The notes beneath the pieces are model-generated. The model searched no databases. It was not told where the DNA came from and saw only the letters and a list, made by a program, of their open reading frames with translations. Of a stretch of 42,895 bases of DNA, positions 37,049 to 42,895 are shown in pieces. The position numbers were made by a program, and so were the translations under genes. The stretch is from the NCBI GenBank assembly GCA_964646945.1, contig CAZYIL010000003.1, positions 1 to 42,895 of the forward strand, in the 5' to 3' direction. The stretch comes from an uncultured Marinoscillum sp. Its GTDB lineage: Bacteria > Bacteroidota > Bacteroidia > Cytophagales > MED-G16. Each line of letters begins with the position of its first letter. The first letter of the stretch is position 1.

Positions 37049-37786
37049 ATGATGAAAAAACTCATATTAATACTATTAATTTTTACTTTTTCTTCCAAAT
37101 TATTACTATCTCAAAGTATATTGATGTCTAAGAATTCTGCAATTAATTTACCAAATTACGATGATGCTTGGATTCATTTTGGATTTCTCATTGGAGCTCA
37201 TTCCTCTTATTATAGATTAAATTATTCTGAAAACTATACTTCTCCATCTTTTTCAGAATTACATTCTATAGTTCCTCTTTCTAAACCCGGATTTAAGTTA
37301 GGTTTTGTCTCAGATATAAATATTATTTATCCATTTGACCTAAGAACTCTACTTCAAGTTTCTTTTTATGAATTTTCATTAGATTATAAGTACATAAATG
37401 GTGATGTTTTTTCGGATACAAGAGCTGCAACTTTTGTAGAATTACCAATTTTAATCAAATATAAATCTCAGAGAAGGAGAAATTCAAGAATATATATCAT
37501 TGGTGGATTAAAGCCCGGGATAGAAGTAGGAGCTAAAAATAAAGATGAAGCAGGAGAAGATATTTTGGGATTAAAGGCTTTTGAACTTTCTTTTGAATTG
37601 GGTTTTGGTGCTGATTTTTTCTTTGAATTATTTAAACTTTCACCAGAAATAAGATATTCAAGAGGGTTACTTAATATGTTGAAAAAATCAAATGATGGAT
37701 TATCTAACATTTATTCTGATCCAATTGAAAAAATTATACCTCATAATTTGTCTATTTTCTTTACCTTCGAGGGGGGACCAAATTAA
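37049..37786 (+). CDS. porT: T9SS outer-membrane beta-barrel PorT/SprT
   Basis: Signal peptide; NLPNYD...HFGFLIG, PGFKLGF, ELPILIKYKSQRRRN, FKLSPEIRYSRGL; C-terminal FTFE. Confidence 0.8.
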   Translation: MMKKLILILLIFTFSSKLLLSQSILMSKNSAINLPNYDDAWIHFGFLIGAHSSYYRLNYSENYTSPSFSELHSIVPLSKPGFKLGFVSDINIIYPFDLRTLLQVSFYEFSLDYKYINGDVFSDTRAATFVELPILIKYKSQRRRNSRIYIIGGLKPGIEVGAKNKDEAGEDILGLKAFELSFELGFGADFFFELFKLSPEIRYSRGLLNMLKKSNDGLSNIYSDPIEKIIPHNLSIFFTFEGGPN

Positions 37787-37791
37787 TAATA

Positions 37792-38541
37792 ATGAAAAAA
37801 ATAGTTTTTATAACTGGGGCAACTTCTGGTATAGGTTATTCAACCGCAAAGTTACTTGCTAAAAAGTATTCATTGATTTTATGTGGTAGGAGAGAATCTA
37901 GATTAAAAACAATTAAAATGGAATTATCAAAAATCACTGATGTACATATTTTGTGTTTCGATGTTAGAGATAATAATAAATTAAATGGTTTAATAAACTC
38001 TTTGCCTGAAAAATGGAAGAGTATTTATATATTAATTAATAATGCAGGCAATGCTCATGGGATGAATTTGATACATGAGGGGGATCCTAATGATTGGGAT
38101 GCTATGATTGATATAAATGTAAAAGGATTATTATATGTAAGTAAATTAATAATTCCTTTGATGATTAAATCAAATAAAGGCATAATTATAAATATTGGAT
38201 CAATTGCAGGGAAAGAAGTTTACCCCAAAGGGAACATATATTGTGCTTCTAAATATGCTGTTGATGCAATAACTCAAGGGATGAGACTAGATTTAAATAA
38301 TTATGAAATAAAAGTTTCTTCTGTAAATCCTGGTTTAGTAGAAACAGAGTTTGCTTTAGTAAGATTTAAAGGAGACAAGAAAAAAGCAAATTCAGTATAT
38401 GAAGGAATTGACCCTTTAAAACCAGTTGATGTTGCTGAAGTCATTGAATTTATCATAAGTAGACCATATAATGTTAACATAAGTGACGTAACATTATTTC
38501 CAAAATGTCAAGCTTCTTCTACAATGGTAAAAAGAAATTAA
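37792..38541 (+). CDS. Short-chain dehydrogenase/reductase (YdfG-like)
   Basis: TGATSGIG, NNAG, YCASK, PGLVETEF. Confidence 0.92.
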   Translation: MKKIVFITGATSGIGYSTAKLLAKKYSLILCGRRESRLKTIKMELSKITDVHILCFDVRDNNKLNGLINSLPEKWKSIYILINNAGNAHGMNLIHEGDPNDWDAMIDINVKGLLYVSKLIIPLMIKSNKGIIINIGSIAGKEVYPKGNIYCASKYAVDAITQGMRLDLNNYEIKVSSVNPGLVETEFALVRFKGDKKKANSVYEGIDPLKPVDVAEVIEFIISRPYNVNISDVTLFPKCQASSTMVKRN

Positions 38542-38567
38542 ATTTTTATATTATCATTCAATTTGAT

Positions 38568-39890
38568 ATGACCAAAAACATTTTGATATTAGGTGCTGGA
38601 AAATCTTCAATAAGATTAATAAAATATTTATCTGATCTTTCTAATAAATTTGACATAAAAATAATTGTTGCAGCACTTGATGTTTCATATTTCAAAAACA
38701 ATCCGTTTAAGAACATTTTTCCGACTTTTTTAGATATAAATAATAGTGATAAATTGATTCAAACTATTGAGAGTTCTTTTATAGTGGTAAGTATGCTTCC
38801 TGCTTTTTTACATTATAAAATTGCGGAATTATGTTCTTCCAAAGGTAAAAATCTTATTACTGCTTCTTATCTAACTCCTGCAATTAAAAAATTAGAATCA
38901 GAATTTTTAAAAAAGAATTGTTTTTTGTTGATGGAAATGGGTTTGGACCCCGGAATAGATCACATGTCTGCAATATCCATAATAGATAAATATAAAAAAG
39001 ATTATAAGATCAAAAGTTTCGAGTCTTATACAGGTGGTTTATTAAAACCAAATGATTCAGTTAATCCATGGCAATATAAATTTACATGGAATCCTAGAAA
39101 TGTTATTTTAGCTGGAAAAGAAGGGGCAAAATATTTAAAAAATAACAAAAAAATTATTCTTTCATACAATGAAGTTTTTCAAAATATTAATTTAATTGAA
39201 ATTCCGGGATTAGGAACATTTGAAGGTTATGCGAATCGAGATTCTATAAAATATAAGGAAATTTATAAGATTGATGATGTTAATACATTAATTAGGGGGA
39301 CATTAAGAAATAAGGGGTTTTGTTCTTCTTGGGATATTATTCTAAAATTAGGTTTAACAGATTCAAAAAATTATTTGAATGATGTATTTAATATGAGTCA
39401 TAAAAGTTTTTCAACATCAAAAATATATAATCAAAAAACACAAAATATTAAATCTTTAATAAGTAATCATTATAATAAAAATATAATCTCTGAAGAAATA
39501 AAATTATTGGATTGGTTAGGTTTATTTTCTAGTCAAGAAATTAGATTAAAAAAAGGAACGTATGCTGAAGTATTAGAACATATTTTGAAAAAAAAATGGA
39601 CAATGAAAAAAAATGATATAGATAGAGTAGTGATGTTTCATAGATTTAAATTTATTAAAAATGAAAAGGAAAAAACGTTAACATCTTTTTTTCATATTGA
39701 TGGTAATAATAATATCGATACCGCTATGGCAAAATCTGTTGGGTTACCTATTGGAATATTTATTAAACAAGTTTTGTTGGGAAAAATTAATTTGTCAGGG
39801 ATTAAACTTCCTATTTCTCCAACAATATATGAACCTGTTTTAAGAGAATTAAAAAAATTCAATATAATTTTTAAGGAATTAATATATTAA
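38568..39890 (+). CDS. Saccharopine dehydrogenase (reductase) family protein
   Basis: [54 protein letters not shown] 38568 preferred. Confidence 0.9.
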   Translation: MTKNILILGAGKSSIRLIKYLSDLSNKFDIKIIVAALDVSYFKNNPFKNIFPTFLDINNSDKLIQTIESSFIVVSMLPAFLHYKIAELCSSKGKNLITASYLTPAIKKLESEFLKKNCFLLMEMGLDPGIDHMSAISIIDKYKKDYKIKSFESYTGGLLKPNDSVNPWQYKFTWNPRNVILAGKEGAKYLKNNKKIILSYNEVFQNINLIEIPGLGTFEGYANRDSIKYKEIYKIDDVNTLIRGTLRNKGFCSSWDIILKLGLTDSKNYLNDVFNMSHKSFSTSKIYNQKTQNIKSLISNHYNKNIISEEIKLLDWLGLFSSQEIRLKKGTYAEVLEHILKKKWTMKKNDIDRVVMFHRFKFIKNEKEKTLTSFFHIDGNNNIDTAMAKSVGLPIGIFIKQVLLGKINLSGIKLPISPTIYEPVLRELKKFNIIFKELIY

Positions 39891-41230
39891 AGAGCTTTAA
39901 AATTAAAGTTTTCAAGAAATTTTGTTGTAAAATTTCCTTTAATAAAGTCTTTGTTTCCCATTACTTTAAGATGAAAAGGAATAGTAGTATTAACACCTCC
40001 AATTACAAATTCTTCAAGAGCCCTCTTCATTCTTACAATTGCTTCTTTTCTTGACTGATGAGTGGTAATTATTTTAGCTATCATTGAATCATAGTTAGGA
40101 GGTATAGTATATCCAGAGTATATGTGTGTGTCAACTCTGACTCCATGCCCCCCTGGGACATGGAAGTTTGAAATCTTTCCTGGTGAAGGAAAAAAATTAT
40201 TTTTTGGATCTTCTGCATTTATTCTACACTCTATAGCATGAAGGTTAGGATAATAATTCTTTCCTGAGACTTTAACCCCATCGGTTACTTTTATTTGTTC
40301 TTTAATTAAGTCAAAGTCTGTAACTTCTTCTGTGATACCATGTTCAACTTGAATTCTGGTATTCATTTCCATGAAATAATAATTTTTATATTTATCAACT
40401 ATATATTCTATAGTCCCTACTCCTTCATATTTTATTGCTTTTCCAGCTTTAATAGAAGTTTCACCCATTTTTCTTCTTAATTCTTCCGTGACAAAAGGTG
40501 ATGGTGTTTCTTCAATTAATTTTTGATGCCTTCGTTGAATTGAGCAATCCCTTTCTGATAAGTGACTAACATTTCCATATTTATCACCAACTATTTGAAT
40601 TTCAATATGTCTTGGTTCTTCTATATATTTTTCAATATATAAACCCTCATTTCCAAATGAAGCTTTAGATTCATTTTTAGCATCTTTCCATGATTTTTCA
40701 AATTCTTTTACTTGTTTTATAATCCTCATTCCTTTACCTCCTCCACCTGCTGTTGCTTTTAAAATAATTGGATATCCAATTATTTTGGCTAATTCTTTTC
40801 CTTTTTCAATAGATTCTACTAAATCTTCTGAACCAGGGATGGTTGGAATTCCTGCTTTTTTCATTGTTTTTTTAGCAGTTATTTTATCTCCCATTTTTTC
40901 TATCATAGATGCGGTTGGTCCAATGAATTTTATTTTACTTTCTAAACATATTTTTGAAAATTCGGAATTTTCGGAAAGAAACCCATATCCAGGATGAATA
41001 GCTTCTGAATTTGTAATTTCAGCAGCTGCAATTATTTTAGCTATGTTTAAGTAGGAATCTTTTGCATTTGGTGGTCCAATGCATACTGCCTCATCTGCAA
41101 ATTTTACATGCAAGCTTTCTTTATCAACGGTGGAATATACAGCTACCGTTTTAATACCCATCTCTTTGCAGCTTCTAATAATTCTTAGAGCTATTTCACC
41201 CCTATTAGCTATTAATATTTTTTTTATCAT
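39887..41230 (-). CDS. accC: Acetyl-CoA carboxylase biotin carboxylase
   Basis: [53 protein letters not shown]. Confidence 0.97.
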   Translation of the reverse strand: MIKKILIANRGEIALRIIRSCKEMGIKTVAVYSTVDKESLHVKFADEAVCIGPPNAKDSYLNIAKIIAAAEITNSEAIHPGYGFLSENSEFSKICLESKIKFIGPTASMIEKMGDKITAKKTMKKAGIPTIPGSEDLVESIEKGKELAKIIGYPIILKATAGGGGKGMRIIKQVKEFEKSWKDAKNESKASFGNEGLYIEKYIEEPRHIEIQIVGDKYGNVSHLSERDCSIQRRHQKLIEETPSPFVTEELRRKMGETSIKAGKAIKYEGVGTIEYIVDKYKNYYFMEMNTRIQVEHGITEEVTDFDLIKEQIKVTDGVKVSGKNYYPNLHAIECRINAEDPKNNFFPSPGKISNFHVPGGHGVRVDTHIYSGYTIPPNYDSMIAKIITTHQSRKEAIVRMKRALEEFVIGGVNTTIPFHLKVMGNKDFIKGNFTTKFLENFNFKAL

Positions 41231-41243
41231 TTTTTGAAATTAA

Positions 41244-41675
41244 TTAACTTGGATCTATTATGAATAAATTTTGATCATATTCTACAGGAGAGGCATCATC
41301 TATAAGAATTTTAACTATTGTTCCTGACACCTCTGATTCAATTTCATTAAATAATTTCATTGCTTCTATTATACAAATTGTTTGTCCTTTTGAAACTTTA
41401 TCTCCTTCTTTAATAAAAGGATCACTTTCAGGATTGGCAGCTCTATAAAATGTTCCAATCATCGGTGATTTTATTGTCAACTTATTATCAATTTCTAAAT
41501 CTTTTACTTTTTTCTTGACTTCTTTTATCTTTTTTGTAGACTTTTTGGGTGTAAAGTAACTTTGATTATTATTTTTTTTTACCCTTATTTTATAATTTTC
41601 AGTTTCAATGCTTACGTCATCTAAATCTGTTTTTTTTATAAAATTAATTATGTCTTCAATTTCTTTATTTTTCAT
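41244..41675 (-). CDS. accB: Biotin carboxyl carrier protein
   Basis: [17 protein letters not shown] biotinylation motif. Confidence 0.96.
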   Translation of the reverse strand: MKNKEIEDIINFIKKTDLDDVSIETENYKIRVKKNNNQSYFTPKKSTKKIKEVKKKVKDLEIDNKLTIKSPMIGTFYRAANPESDPFIKEGDKVSKGQTICIIEAMKLFNEIESEVSGTIVKILIDDASPVEYDQNLFIIDPS

Positions 41676-41698
41676 TTAACACAAATTTACAATAAAAA

Positions 41699-42262
41699 TT
41701 ATTTAACTCTTTCAAGATATTTTTTGAGTTTCACATCAACTTTAATTATATCATTCTCATTAATAAATAATGGTACTTGGATTTCAACTCCAGTTTCAAT
41801 TTTTGCTGTTTTTGTAACATTTGTAGCAGTATCTCCTTTAACTCCTGGTTCAGATGAAATGATTTTAGATTCTACATAACTTGGAAGTTCACAATTTAAT
41901 ATTTCTTCTTTTTCTGTATGAATAGATATTTCTACGTCTTTACCTTCTACTAAAAATTCAGGAAAATCAATTTGTTCTTTTTGTAATATAATTTGCTCAT
42001 ATGAAGTATTATCCATAAAAAAATAATCATTAGAATTTTTATATAGGAATTTGTGGGATCTTTTTTCAACTCTTGCAGTAACTATTTTATGGCCTGAAGG
42101 AAAAGTATTATCAATTACTTTTCCAGTTTTAACATTTTTAAGTTTTGTTCTGACAAATGCAGGCCCTTTACCTGGCTTTACATGTTGGAATTCAATGACA
42201 AAGAATAGATTCCCATTAAAATCTATGCATAGACCATTTTTAATATCAGCAGTAGTTGCCAT
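41699..42262 (-). CDS. efp: Elongation factor P
   Basis: HVKPGKGPAFVRTK, PGVKGDTA, QVPLFI. Confidence 0.97.
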   Translation of the reverse strand: MATTADIKNGLCIDFNGNLFFVIEFQHVKPGKGPAFVRTKLKNVKTGKVIDNTFPSGHKIVTARVEKRSHKFLYKNSNDYFFMDNTSYEQIILQKEQIDFPEFLVEGKDVEISIHTEKEEILNCELPSYVESKIISSEPGVKGDTATNVTKTAKIETGVEIQVPLFINENDIIKVDVKLKKYLERVK

Positions 42263-42265
42263 GTT

Positions 42266-42895
42266 TTATGAATTATATGACCATTTCAAATATATCGAAC
42301 CCCAAGTAAATCCGCCACCAAAAGATGATAAGATTAAATTATCGCCTTTTTTAATTTTTTTTTCAAAATCCCACAAACATAATGGTATTGTTCCAGCGGT
42401 TGTATTTCCATACTTTTGAATATTCATAAGTATTTTTTCTTTACTAATGCCCATCTTATTCGCTGTAGCATCAATGATTCTCTTATTCGCTTGATGAGGT
42501 ACAAGAAATGCAATATCATCTGATTTGAGATTATTTTTGACCATAATTTCTTGAGAGATATTAGCCATATTTGTAACAGCAAATTTAAATACTTTTGGTC
42601 CTTCTTGATGTATAAAATGTTCTTTATTTATTAAGGTTTTCTTAGAAGCTGGATATTTACTTCCACCTGCTTTTATACAAAGATGAGGGGCTCCAGAACC
42701 ATCGCTTTTTAATAAATAATCTATAATTCCATTTTCATCTTCAGATGGTTCTAAGAGAATAGCCCCACCACCATCACCAAACAATACACAGTTTTTTCTA
42801 TCTTCATAATCTACTATTGATGACATTTTATCAGCTCCTACTACAATTATTTTTTTATGATTTCCAGATTCGATAAATTGAGAAGCTGTTGTGAG
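42266..42895 (-). CDS. fabH: 3-oxoacyl-ACP synthase III (5'-truncated by window edge)
   Basis: Frame is open to the window end (LTTASQFIESG...VVGADKMS). LFGDG, VPHQANKRII, YGNTTAGTIP, FGGGFTWG. Confidence 0.96.
   Translation of the reverse strand, partial: LTTASQFIESGNHKKIIVVGADKMSSIVDYEDRKNCVLFGDGGGAILLEPSEDENGIIDYLLKSDGSGAPHLCIKAGGSKYPASKKTLINKEHFIHQEGPKVFKFAVTNMANISQEIMVKNNLKSDDIAFLVPHQANKRIIDATANKMGISKEKILMNIQKYGNTTAGTIPLCLWDFEKKIKKGDNLILSSFGGGFTWGSIYLKWSYNS

Overview
AT-rich, densely packed chromosomal segment, most likely from a streamlined Bacteroidota (Cytophagales-like) genome. Support for this: TAnnTTTG promoter boxes, a short sigma-70 lacking region 1.1, PorT and T9SS cargo proteins. 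Housekeeping genes (purA, pyrC-like, purB, rpoD-like, ilvE, frameshifted prfB, rsgA, waaA, engB, accC, accB, efp, fabH) surround three accessory modules. (1) 1138-6262: an N-terminally anchored protein built from about 17 basic and about 5 acidic 9-residue repeats. Its transcript is bracketed by a 5' inverted repeat and a strong terminator. It is followed by a 1022-aa HEXXH peptidase / beta-propeller / beta-barrel outer-membrane protein and a PrsW protease. This is the best candidate for an undescribed processing-and-export or surface-fibre system. (2) 13133-23279: three tandem paralogous BNR/VPS10-like propeller proteins with T9SS C-terminal domains and swapped C-terminal modules. (3) 27062-34220: a GcvT-like protein, two PYROXD2/phytoene-desaturase-family oxidoreductases, a GbcA/Stc2-like Rieske oxygenase and an NhaC-family transporter, a possible N-methyl-amine demethylation pathway. 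I recognised no rRNA, tRNA, CRISPR array or mobile element. All calls come from reading the sequence; no searches were run.
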